From: Octopus vulgaris
Lineage: Eukaryota
Assembly (NCBI GenBank): GCA_951406725.2
Contig: OX597821.1
Span: 78,864,001 to 78,928,000 of the forward strand
Length of the DNA: 64,000 bases
Direction: 5' to 3'
Shown: one piece after another, positions 50,669 through 61,720 of the stretch
How the letters are laid out: every line of letters begins with the position of its first letter
Position numbering within the stretch: the first letter of the stretch is position 1
Notes under the pieces: generated by a model
Database searches by the model: none
The model's input: the letters and a program-made list of their open reading frames with translations, nothing else
Told to the model about the DNA's origin: nothing
Made by a program: the position numbers and the translations under genes

Positions 50669-53600
50669 CGGTGTTAGTTCGACGTGTGTTGGCTTAACAG
50701 TCGGTAATTGAACCGGGAATGCTGAGTATCGTACCTACATTCGAGTTGTACAGAGTGCGTTCTATGTTCAGATATATTTCTGCAATAAGTTATTTTTATA
50801 TAACCACAACCAACTATTTATTTGTGTAATAGTATTTTGCACCAGACCTGTATGCCTGCATAATAACATTTTTGTCGATGAAATTATTCGAAGCTCATGT
50901 TGGACTGATTTTGGCTTCAACATGGAATATTTAATAGCTTCGGTAATTCAATTATCGAAACAGCAAGAGCAGCAGCAGCAGTGGAGGCGCCATGGTCCAG
51001 TGGTTTGGGCAGCGGACTCGCGGTCGGAGGATTGCGGTTTCGATTCCCAGACCGGGCGTTGTGTGCGTTTATCGAGCGAAAACACCTAAAGCTCCACGAG
51101 GCTCCGGCAGGGGGGGTGCCGACCCCTGTTGTATACTTTCGCTCCAATTTCTCTCACTCTTCCTTCTTGTTTCTTATCCCTGACTTTCTACGCAACCGCT
51201 GAGCCTGGATGCACATTCATCCATCCGTCGATGCTCTCGGTGTCGGGGGTTGACCAGCTTTCTCTTCTGCAGGTCTTACAAATAGCAAAGGACCTCGTTT
51301 CGGACTTCTCCCACTCTGGGACGAAGACCGCTTCGCTCAACAAACAAACGAACAGCAGCAGCAACAACAGCAACAACAACAGTTGTTGGAATTATAAAAG
51401 TAACGGAAACTGTTCGTACAACTGATACAGAAGAAAACATAAAATACATCTAGTTCGTTCACTCCTGACACTGTCCCAAAATTCGATCGGGGAGTTCGAT
51501 CGAAGAGGGTTCTTAATTCTCTGCTTACTTTAGAAGGTAAGATGAATATTTTCAAGAAGAATGCTACAACAGGCAAGACGAAAAACAAAACGGACTTTTT
51601 TGAGAAAGTTGGTAGAAGCCAAGCATGAGAAATATTGAAATTACATATCACCAAAGAAATCGGATGGAAATTTGTTTTGAATAAACGGTGAATAATCCAT
51701 CAAAGATTTTCAGCGATAAAAATCCCTTCATTTAATACGCGTTGGCAATACGTGAATATTACAAACAAATAGGGAAGAAAACTTTTTATTAAATACGCTG
51801 TATTCGTTAATAGGGAATGCAAGAGATTTAAAATTAATGGACTAACACCAGATATGTTTAAATGCTTACTTTTCGTGCAAAGACTAACGGCAAAGAAAGA
51901 TGCTGGAATTCGTAACTGAAGTCTGCCTAAATTAGAGCAGAATTAGTAGCTAACACTAAAAGAGATATCTCAGGAATATCTCAGAGAATAATAAACCTAA
52001 CACACGATACGGAACAGAGTGAAGTAACTAACTGCTGTCATATAAATCCGATGCAACCGACAGAACTGACAAGCAGAAAATTAACTCATGTTTTGGATGC
52101 GCAGACTTACACTACATATTCGACTTTCCTTATAAAACTGGACAATTCTTCAAGTGTAATAAGATAGGACATTACAAATCACACTGTAAAGCAAAACCTA
52201 GAAAATGGTTTAACGGAAAAAGTTTATCGGGGACAAGAAACACAAACAAGACTCAAAAGAAGATAGTGTATGTAAATTTGATAATAGAAATGTAGAATTA
52301 CAGTTCAGTACAGGTAGTGACATTACTTTAATTAATGAAAAAACGTGGAAAACAATAGGGAAACCTCAACTACAGAAAACCTCGAAGATTGCATTTGGAT
52401 TTTCGGAGATTGTATTTTTAAAGGTGAAATTATCTGTAAAGTTACGTTTCGTGGCAAGACTATAAAATCGAAAGCTTATGAACTAAAACAAACAAACAAC
52501 CTGTTTGGAACTGTTCAAATTATGGAATTTACCCATAAAAAAGTGTTTGTAATGAGGTCATGCGCAAGTTGTATAGAGAGTTAGAAAAACATTTTTAAAT
52601 GAAGTGAAAATGTCGTTCCCTGATGGATTTTTTTGAAAGAATTGGGGTCGGTGTAATAAATTTAAAGCAAAATTTCAGGTAAAAGAAAATTCAGTACCGG
52701 TTTGTAAACCGAAGCGTAATGTACAGTTTGCAACAAGTGAAAAAGGAATTGGACAGAATGGAAAAATGGGAGTGATTCAAAAGATCGAATACTCAACAGT
52801 GTACGTAAAAAAAAAATTGTATGTGTAGATTTCTCGACGGGATGAACCGACTGTTTAAAACAATATCACTACCAGTTGTCTAGCACAGAGGAAACCTCGA
52901 AACTAAACGGTGATAAATTGTTCTCGAAATTAGATCATTCGGATGCCTACTTACAAATGCAAAGGGAAGACAAATGCACTAAGCTGTTATCAATTAATTC
53001 TCATAGAGTTCTATACAAATTTGATGGCTTCTCGTTTGATATAAAATTGAACCTACTATATTCCGACAAGTGATGGATGCGATGCTTGCAGAATGTGACT
53101 TCGCAATGGCCTACCTGAAAGATATATTTATTAAAAGTGAATCCCATGATCAGGTGTCGATCATATCGAATGTGTATATGAAAAAATAAGTGGTTACGCT
53201 TCAAACTGGGTGAGAAGAAATGCGAATTTTTCTTGCCTAAAATTAAGTACTTAGGACAAATTATTAACAAGAACCTTCGTTGACCAAATCAGTCGAGGAC
53301 AGATGCGATTAAAAATATGTCCCCTCCGACAAATATATCTACCTGACAAGCTTTTGTTTTGGACTGGTAAACTAATATCAGGCTCTAGTGATTGATTTCG
53401 CTGTAAAGATATTTCATAGATTCTTACACGTCAGAAGGTGTCGACTACAGAGTGAAAATCGTCCGTTATTACCTATATATGGGTAGAAGAAAGGAATGCC
53501 TACCCATATTGCTAATAGGTTGCAACGCTGGGGTTACTGTATTACTAAATTTCGATTTTAAGATGAAATTTAATTCATCTAAAATTTTAGGACACGCTGA

Positions 53601-55179
53601 TACTAAAAAATACTGAACCGTTTGAGGATACCGAGTTTGTAGCGATGCAGGCAGTGAGAGGAAATAAAAAATGTAATGTTGTATAAGAATTACTAGTTAC
53701 ATTAGAAGAAATTAAACTAAAAGCGGAAAATGATGAATTTATTAAAATAATTAAAGGAATTCTGAGTCCTAGAAGAAAATATTATCTTTGCAGAACGCAA
53801 CACGAATTCGAACTGTTTTGTGACAATGTGCTCATGTGTGCCGAAAGAGCGGTAGTGCCGGCCACACTACAGAAACGAATGCTAAAAGAATTTTACATTA
53901 ATAACCGACTTTTCAACAATGAAATCATTGATGAAAAGCTATGTGTATTGGCCAAGAATTGACCAAGTGAAGAATTAGTGAAAGCTTGCAGAGGCTGTAC
54001 TCTAGCAGCAAAATTACCAATCATAAAATGGCTACCATGGGTAAAAAACAGATACCCCATGGAACAGACTGCATGTTAATTTTGCAGATCCCCTTAACGG
54101 TTCACATTACCTTGATGTTGTAGACGGTGTTTCTAAGCGAATCGAGGTACCGAAGGGTAAAACACCGACATCCTCGATTACAGTACGATTTTACACAAAT
54201 TGTTCGCCGGATAAAGTTTTTTCCTGATACCATTATGTCTGACAATGGACCTCAGTTTACTGTAGAAGAGTTTAAAAGATTTTGTAAAATGTTCTCTTTC
54301 AAATATGTGATTGCCATATCATCCTTGGTCAAGTGGACAAAGGAACCGTCTTCTTGATACAGTTAAGAGGGCTTTGAAGAAAGTGAATGACAAAAATATG
54401 CATGACTTAGCACTTCAACAGTTTTTGAAAGTATATCTAGTGACACCAAATTCCATTACTTTGTCTGGAGATAAATGTTCGCTATTCGACAAGTTGTTAC
54501 CGGGTCAAAACAGAAAAATATCGGAAGAGAAAATTAAATCAAAATTTTTCAAAATTGGTAAGTTTTCTTTAAAATGTATAAAAACGGTGAAGGAAAGTGG
54601 TAAGACCATGTGATTAATAAACAGGATAAGGAAAGTGTTATTTTTGGTAAAAGGTCTCAATTACGAGACATATAAATCAATTAAAATGGAAAAGTTTACT
54701 GAGGAAACGGTCTCAAGAAACGAAATCTCAATGGAAGTCTTTTTATATTACGTATGATGTACCAACACCTAAACAAATCTTCGAAACTACACGTTCAAGC
54801 ATGAGAAAACAAAACCGAACAGAAATATTTGAAATAGACCCTAAACGCAAAAGATATTTAGTTCCTCGTGGAATTAAATTCTCATAAAGAGGTGACGTTA
54901 TGGCAGAATCTTGAACCCCACCCACGTAACTGAATGTGGACTAATCGATTACAATAAGAAGTGAGTGCGCTCGCAGCAGGTGGTTGCACGGTATTAGTCC
55001 GACCTTATTGCTTCCGGTGTTAGTTCGACGTGTAGCCATTTAACAGTCAGTTATTGATCGGTATGCATTGCGTTCTGTATTAAGTTATATCTTTCTGCGA
55101 AAATTTATCTTTAGATAGCCACAACCATTTATTTGTGTAATACCAATTTACACCAAACGTTATACCCAGGTCGTAATAT
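50669..55179 (+). mobile_element. Decayed Gypsy/Ty3 LTR retrotransposon
   Basis: LTR-like repeats 50669-50868 and 54896-55179 (cggtgttagttcgacgtgt..atttatttgtgtaata); FSKLDHSDAYLQ and YLKDI (RT), YVYWP..C..C and PDTIMSDNGPQF (integrase). Confidence 0.85.
50982..51350 (+). mobile_element. tRNA-derived SINE (second family) nested in the Gypsy element
   Basis: tggtccagtgg A box, gtttcgattccc B box, GC-rich body, AAC-rich tail. Confidence 0.7.
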
Positions 55180-55372
55180 TGTCCATAGAACATTTTCTAT
55201 CCAACAGAGATTGTTCAACCCAATATCTATGTGCTGCAAGAACCACTATTCCAAAACAAAATGATTTCACATTCGAAAGTTTATGAATTTTTATGACCTC
55301 GACATCATTCAGATGTAGTGGTGTTTTTTATTTATCAATTTCATTTGTTTTTCTTTCATTTTCTTCCATCAG

Positions 55373-55525
55373 ATATATAACAACTCAGATTCATATCTAC
55401 AAGTAAATGATAATGTAGACTTCATTTCATTACCAACGAGTTTGTCAAAACATCTGAAAACCGAAGATCAGTCTGCCCTCTCAAGGATTACGTTTTTCTC
55501 TATGCAGGATGATAAGCTATATAGG
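55373..55525 (+). CDS. Adhesion GPCR exon: GAIN subdomain B
   Basis: ccatcag..AGG|gtatgg; ..FISLPTSL..SRITFFSMQDDKLYR; phase 0/0. Confidence 0.88.
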
Positions 55526-55917
55526 GTATGGAACCAAAACGCAAATTTGTCTTTCTCCAGATGAATAAATGCTTGAATACTTCGTTGCCTTTCTAATAAG
55601 AATACTAACAGAACACAGATGCAAATGGCTATGTATATATGTATATATACATATGTATGTACGCATGTTTGTGCGTGGGTGTATAAAATTTATGATGTAC
55701 ATGCAAACTTTTCTTAAGCAACTCAAACTCAATGTGCTGAAAGAAGAGCTCGTTCGGTAATGACAAAACAGAATCATAAGACACCGGTGTTTTGGTGTGA
55801 TTTAGTCTCCACAGACATGAGTAAATTCTGAATCATTGCTCTAATATGGAAATCAGCAAATGTTACATTTGCTGATTAGTGCAAACCACACGCACATGCG
55901 CACATACACATATATTT

Positions 55918-56003
<86 letters not shown>

Positions 56004-56334
56004 TCTTATGCATATTTGAATATTCATTCATTTGAAGAAGGAGCTGGTTTCTCACGAAGATACACGGCTCTATCGTTGGAAGGTAGATAACAGAAACAAA
56101 TTCATATCTTTAGTGGTAAATTCAGTTGCACAACGTGATATGCAGTGAGAGAACACGTTATTTTCCGAGAGATATACCAGCAGCCATTATGTTAACAATT
56201 TCTATTTAAAACAAATCATTCATTCTTTAGAGCAAGTACAACTGTTAGGTGTGATCTCATGCAATATATTGTAATATATATTGTATTAAGTTGTTGTACT
56301 GAGTAAGGTAATGCTCTTTAAGTACATCACTAGC

Positions 56335-57225
56335 GTTTCGTTTCAAAAGATTTCAGGACTTTAATAGAAAACATTACGTATTTACAAAAGTTTTAACATC
56401 ATTTCCTTCGAAATAGTCACCTTCCGCAGCAATAAACAGGTTCTATCGCTCCTTCTATTTATGGAATCCAGTTAGGAAGTCGTTTTCCGTAAGCGAGTCA
56501 GGACCTTCTGTGATTCCCTCTGGATCTTGGCCACGCTCTTAAAACGGCAACATTTCTGCTAAATTTTCAGGTGCTGAATCTGGCGAATAGGGCAGATGTA
56601 GGAGCGATACAATGTTGTTTTTGGTGAGAAACTCACAAGTGAGGAGAGATCGGTGACAGGGTGCATTGTCGTCGTGAACAAACGAATTATTCACGCTCCA
56701 GAGATCTGGTCATTTTCATCAAATCTTCTCTTCCAAATGTTTCAAAGCATCGAAGTAGAACTTTCAACTGACGGTCAGACCCTGGAGGATGGATTTTAAA
56801 TGCACACTGTTACATTTCCGCGAGGTGCCACTCGTGAAAGGTCTTCCAGACCGCTCATCGTCTTCCAGGGAAATCCTCCCGCTTTTGAAGCACTCGTGAC
56901 ACTCTCCAAACTTTGCATATGGCTCATTGCCTCGTTTTCGTAGCCTTGTCGAATCATACTCAATGTTTCTGGAAAAGGCGTTGCAAACTTAACGCAAAAT
57001 TTCCCGAGGGCTTTTTATTCTTGTCCATGACAAAGTCGCAGTCAGCAGCATATACGTAATCCCCAAAGCACAAATTTCACAACTTGCGAAGCAAACATAG
57101 CGATGTCACTAGGCACACTGTTTCATAAAGTTCACTACTTGCTCTCACTGCACACGGAACCGTGTGCTGCCATCTGTTGGTGCGCTACAGAACTAGTCCG
57201 GAACTTTTTTTTATACAACCACGTA
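56335..57225 (-). mobile_element. Decayed mariner DNA transposon
   Basis: Minus strand ends ..AAEGDYFEG; HDDNAP and YSPD-like remnants; terminal inverted-repeat remnants (caggact / agtccgg). Confidence 0.65.
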
Positions 57226-57276
57226 TTAAACACTCCTATTGAAGAAATTAATTGATTTAATGACTTCTCTTTCTAG

Positions 57277-57405
57277 GTAACACAAAATTCCAGTACCAAA
57301 GCAAATACTATGATTAACAGTAATATTATTGCTGCTAATATTCCTAACATTAAAGTAACCAACCTCGATGAACCAGTTAACATATCATTCAATTTAATAG
57401 ATCAG
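57277..57405 (+). CDS. Adhesion GPCR exon: GAIN subdomain B
   Basis: ttctag..CAG|gtaata; ..INSNIIAANI..VTNLDEPVNISF; phase 0/0. Confidence 0.9.
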
Positions 57406-58149
57406 GTAATAGCTATGTGTCTATCATAACTGTGTTTTTTGTTGTTGCTAATGTTTCATTTCAAAGCCATATCTTATTCCTCCTGAAAGATAGTACTAGT
57501 AGCAGCGGTAGCATTAGCAGCAGTAGTAGTAGTTGTGGTATTAGTAGTAGTTATTGTTGTTGCTGGTGTTGTAGCTGTTACCGTGTTGAGAGTTATAACT
57601 TTATGTTTATAATGTAAACGTTGTATGATAATGGAGGCATTCTTTTTTTATTCCAAGCTTTAAGTTGTTTGTCTTGTATTTTCCTATCCACAACATAATG
57701 CTTTAATATCTTTCCGTATTGGCATCATTCATTATGGCCGTGTAATTTAAGTGTGAATTACTTCGGGCTTTCATATGGTGACCGTTGTTGCTCTTTATTT
57801 TCATGTTCTACCTGACCCAGTAAATCTATGAAACACATCCCAAACATCAATATCTTATCAACTTGTATATCGTTAATTGTTTCTAGAACCGCATCATCCA
57901 ATATCTTCTTCCACTTTTATAGTGAATACTGTATACTATGAGAATATACATATATGTATAAATGAGGTAAAATGGTCAGTTAAGCAATGCCACAGCCAAT
58001 GATGTTGGATTCCCAATGCCAAAAGCAATCAAAACGTTGTTTGCTATGATGTTTTCACGTTTTGATAACGTAATTAACAAAGACGCATTCCATGTATTTT
58101 AATTACAAGCTAATTTGATCAAATTATCAGAATGTATTTTTTTTTTCAG

Positions 58150-58299
58150 AATGCCACCAACCCACAGTGTGTTTATTGGGATGAATCTCCTGGACAGATT
58201 CCCAAATGATCACCCAAAGGCTGTAATGTATCCAAGTATGAACCTGGACAGAAAGCACTTTGTTCCTGTGACCATCTGACAAGTTTTGCCCTACTAATG
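58150..58299 (+). CDS. Adhesion GPCR exon: GPS motif with in-frame TGA at 58207-58209
   Basis: PQCVYWDE..K*SPKGC..CSCDHL|TSFALLM: canonical GPS with HLT cleavage triad and Stachel; the stop occupies the conserved Trp position. Confidence 0.92.
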
Positions 58300-58445
58300 G
58301 TTGGTAACATTATGACAGCTTGTTAATTACCTTTAATTAGACTGTTTGTGTCTATGTATTAATAATTTTCACGCACACTAAACTTTCTGTTCATGGATAT
58401 TTTGGTAAATATGTATGGTTTAAGGTTAATAGTAAATTTGTGGGT

Positions 58446-58792
58446 TATTTACATTATCTACATTTGACGGATATTTGTCCACATCTTGTTTGTTGTTAAC
58501 ACAAAGTTTCGGCTGATATACCCTCCAGACTTCATCAAGTTTCTTGTAGAAATTTCGGACCTGGGTTCTCATTCCTAAGGTATTTTTCGATGTTATTATT
58601 AGCTTTGAGTCTCTACATCTACACAGGAAATTTAGATAGTTTGAAAGATGAGCAAGTTTTTGATGGAGCTTCTCTATATGTCTCCATTGAAGTCTAATGT
58701 CAGCTCCGTACCGATTAGATAATACAGTTCTTTCCAACGTAAATAATGTAAATGATGTACATAATTCCTCATCTCTTAAATATAGAACTGTA
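58446..58792 (-). mobile_element. PLE remnant: pLTR with degenerate HHR, N-terminal ORF piece and short inverted pLTR segment
   Basis: Reverse copy of 857-1000; ORF RYGADI..IEKLHQKLAHLSNYLNFLCRCRDSKLI resembles PLE N-termini; 58739-58792 repeats 985-1038 in + orientation. Confidence 0.7.
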
Positions 58793-59405
58793 AATACGTG
58801 GGGTTGAAATATTGTAAAAAGTCGTTGTTGTTCTTGTTGCTATAACTGTTGTTTATTAGTTTAAACTTCGGGTGGCGCCCTTTAAATGTACCAAGCTACC
58901 ATCATCAACAAAATACATGAGAATTCCTTCATCATTGATGTGAAGAAAAATTGAGAGAGATAGTCACTTGTCCTGGCTTGAAAATTTATTGTGTTGAAAC
59001 CATCTGAATGGTAGTTTAGGTGATAAAGACATATTTAAAATAGGAAAATCCTCCGTAGCACAATAAGCATGCTTCCATCTTAGTTGCTAAACCCTTGGTC
59101 TTTTCATGATTCGGTTACAAGATCTCTCCTCTCATTAATGAGATTTCTTCTACTGATGTTTTTATTTTTATATCCATATTGCACATGTGTTCAGTACTTG
59201 TTACTTATACAAAACTTCTGCTAACCACAAAAATAAAATATGCGCCTGTCTATGGCACAACTTTTAGCCTACATGATACGTGTTAATACTGTAGTTCTCG
59301 CCTTCAGCATCAACATCTTTTACACTCACAATTTATATAATTATTGACCGACATAGAAAGGAATGGTAGGAAGAATTAATACGTTGTTGTTTGTTTCTGT
59401 TGCAG

Positions 59406-59521
59406 AATGTCTACCCGAAACCGGTAGTAAATATTCACCCCTTATCTATGACATCTTACATTGGCTGCGGAATATCATTTGTCTGCCTCATTCTTACAAT
59501 AATAATTCATGTTTGTTCCAA
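59406..59521 (+). CDS. Adhesion GPCR exon: TM1 of the 7TM domain
   Basis: ttgcag..AA|gtaaga; ..LSMTSYIGCGISFVCLILTIIIH, a typical adhesion-GPCR TM1 (SYIGCGIS); phase 0/2. Confidence 0.9.
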
Positions 59522-60831
59522 GTAAGAATTTCAGTTGTTTCTATTTTCTTTTATAATCTGTTTAAATACGCGACATCCATCAGTTTATGGGATTCTGATA
59601 GACTGGTAAAATCGAAGTGGTTGATATCTGCAAGAAAAACCATGGATGAGGAGAGAATTCCCGAACGTTGTCACTCCCATGGGTGATTGATTGAAGAAAT
59701 ATTTTAGGGCAAATTTGTGTCCCACATTAAGGGTGATAAAAAAAAAGCAAGAACGGATAGGGAGCATTATCCTGTGTTTCAGTAGAGTTAGGTTATAGCT
59801 TGATAATTTAGAAAAATTATTGACGAATATAGTAGTTACAGTAGTGCATCTATCTTTACTATTACTAAAATACCAGTCTGTGTTTTTTATTCTGTTTGTT
59901 ATTGAGCAGGTTGTGGTAATGTGTTGGTGAGTTAACATTTGCCATTCAACCAAATGAACTAGTTTTCGGTCTGATTGAGAATCCATGTGTGTGTGTGTAT
60001 ATATATACATACATCCGTCTACATACATCCCTACCTACCTACCTACATACATACATACATTTATACATACATATGTACATACATATATACATACATGCAT
60101 ATATACATTTATGCATACATACATTCAAACATACATATGAAAATACAATCATGCATACACATATCACATATACAATTATTCATTCATACATAACTACATA
60201 CATAACATCATCCCGTATGTAATAATATTTACATATATTCATACATACAAAGACACAGAAAGTTAAGAAAAGCGCCTTGGGCCTTGTACTGAGCCAGCGC
60301 TATCACTATTCATAATAACAGACTCGCAAAACCCTCCTGCAAGACTATGACACGGTGCTTTGTAAATGAATCCTTAATATATATATATACAGAGCAAAAA
60401 TTTAGATTCGGAAGAATATGGTTCTTAAGTTGAGGCACCAGAATTTAGTACGGTATTATCCATACAGTTTCAAAGTGAAGTGATTGCAATCAAAAGGTAA
60501 TGCAGTACGACCGTTTCATGCAACTCTATTTAATTGAACAATGTAATCATTACATCAATTTAAAATGCAGTGCAATCTTCAGCTGCACAAAGACATAGAA
60601 TTTAATTAAAACAGATTTTGTACATAGCGTTGCTGTCAATGCACAAACAACGTATATAACATATATGTGTTTGTGTGCAACATTCCATTCTGCGTTTAAC
60701 GTATCATCACATGTTCGTTGACTGCAAGGAATTGCTATCGTAACCAGCGAAACTTGCTCAATGAGTCAAGAAACGATACAGATAGTGTTTTATATTTCAT
60801 TCAGATCATTATACCAATATTTTACACACAA

Positions 60832-60912
<81 letters not shown>

Positions 60913-61067
60913 TCTCTTTCACCACTCTTTCTTCTGTTGGCCTGCTCGCTTAGCCAGCGGGGTGGCGTCATTTGAAGGCTAAAACAATGCGAACGCATTG
61001 TGACCAGCGATGTGCAGCAACATCTGATGGTCTGATCGGTCACGTTATATATATATATATATATATA

Positions 61068-61720
61068 TATCAGTAATAATATAGGGTAAAATTAATTAAT
61101 TTGGAATAATCATTAATTTCACCAAGTAGATTTCGGCATGTAAAAGTCCCATTCGAGGAAAGTTTAGGTAATACTAAGTAATTAAGGGTTTAGCAACGAT
61201 TTGCCTCACCACACACCGAATTTAGAAATAGCAGTCAAAGAGTTATAGCTATTCTTTCTACTAAAAGGGAGATCTCAGTAAAACCACAGCACTTGAAAGG
61301 CAAACACAGACAGGCAAGAGAGAAAGAAATGACGACAATCGATCATACAATATTAAGTCACCTACGGACGTACGTTTCGAAATTAAGTTTTAGGAAAGCA
61401 TAAGAATTAGATAATTATGTCTTACCCAACTTTTTTTCTCATCAGCGTAGGACACTACAATTATGAATAATTGTATATTAAATTTCGAGGTACTAGAAGA
61501 CATCATCTCAACTCAGTATCAGAGCGAGCTAAAGCCGTTACCAGTATCACCAAATTCAAAGTGTGAATGAAAGATTGTGTCACCAACCCCCTCCCACCAG
61601 CGTGCAGCCAAGACAAGATGTTGTGGTCATTTACTGGGATGAAATATGGTTATCAGTAATAATATAGGGTAAAATTAATTAATTTCCTCGAATGGGGCTT
61701 TTACATGCCGAAATCTACTT
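61068..61720 (-). mobile_element. ~583-nt hammerhead-bearing retrozyme/PLE-type element with terminal direct repeat and 5' inversion
   Basis: tatcagtaataatatagggtaaaattaattaattt at 61068 and 61651; 61686-61720 is the reverse complement of 61124-61158; abuts (TA)n. Confidence 0.8.
61361..61451 (-). ncRNA. Type I hammerhead ribozyme (long stem II, palindromic stem III)
   Basis: Minus: cctacg-CTGATGA-gaaa...tttc-GAAA-cgtacg-TC-cgtagg; perfect 6-bp stem I and GUC cleavage triplet. Confidence 0.9.

Noticed and set aside
50982-51056. tRNA gene
   Set aside because: A/B boxes are present but it continues into a SINE body and tail; no clean cloverleaf seen
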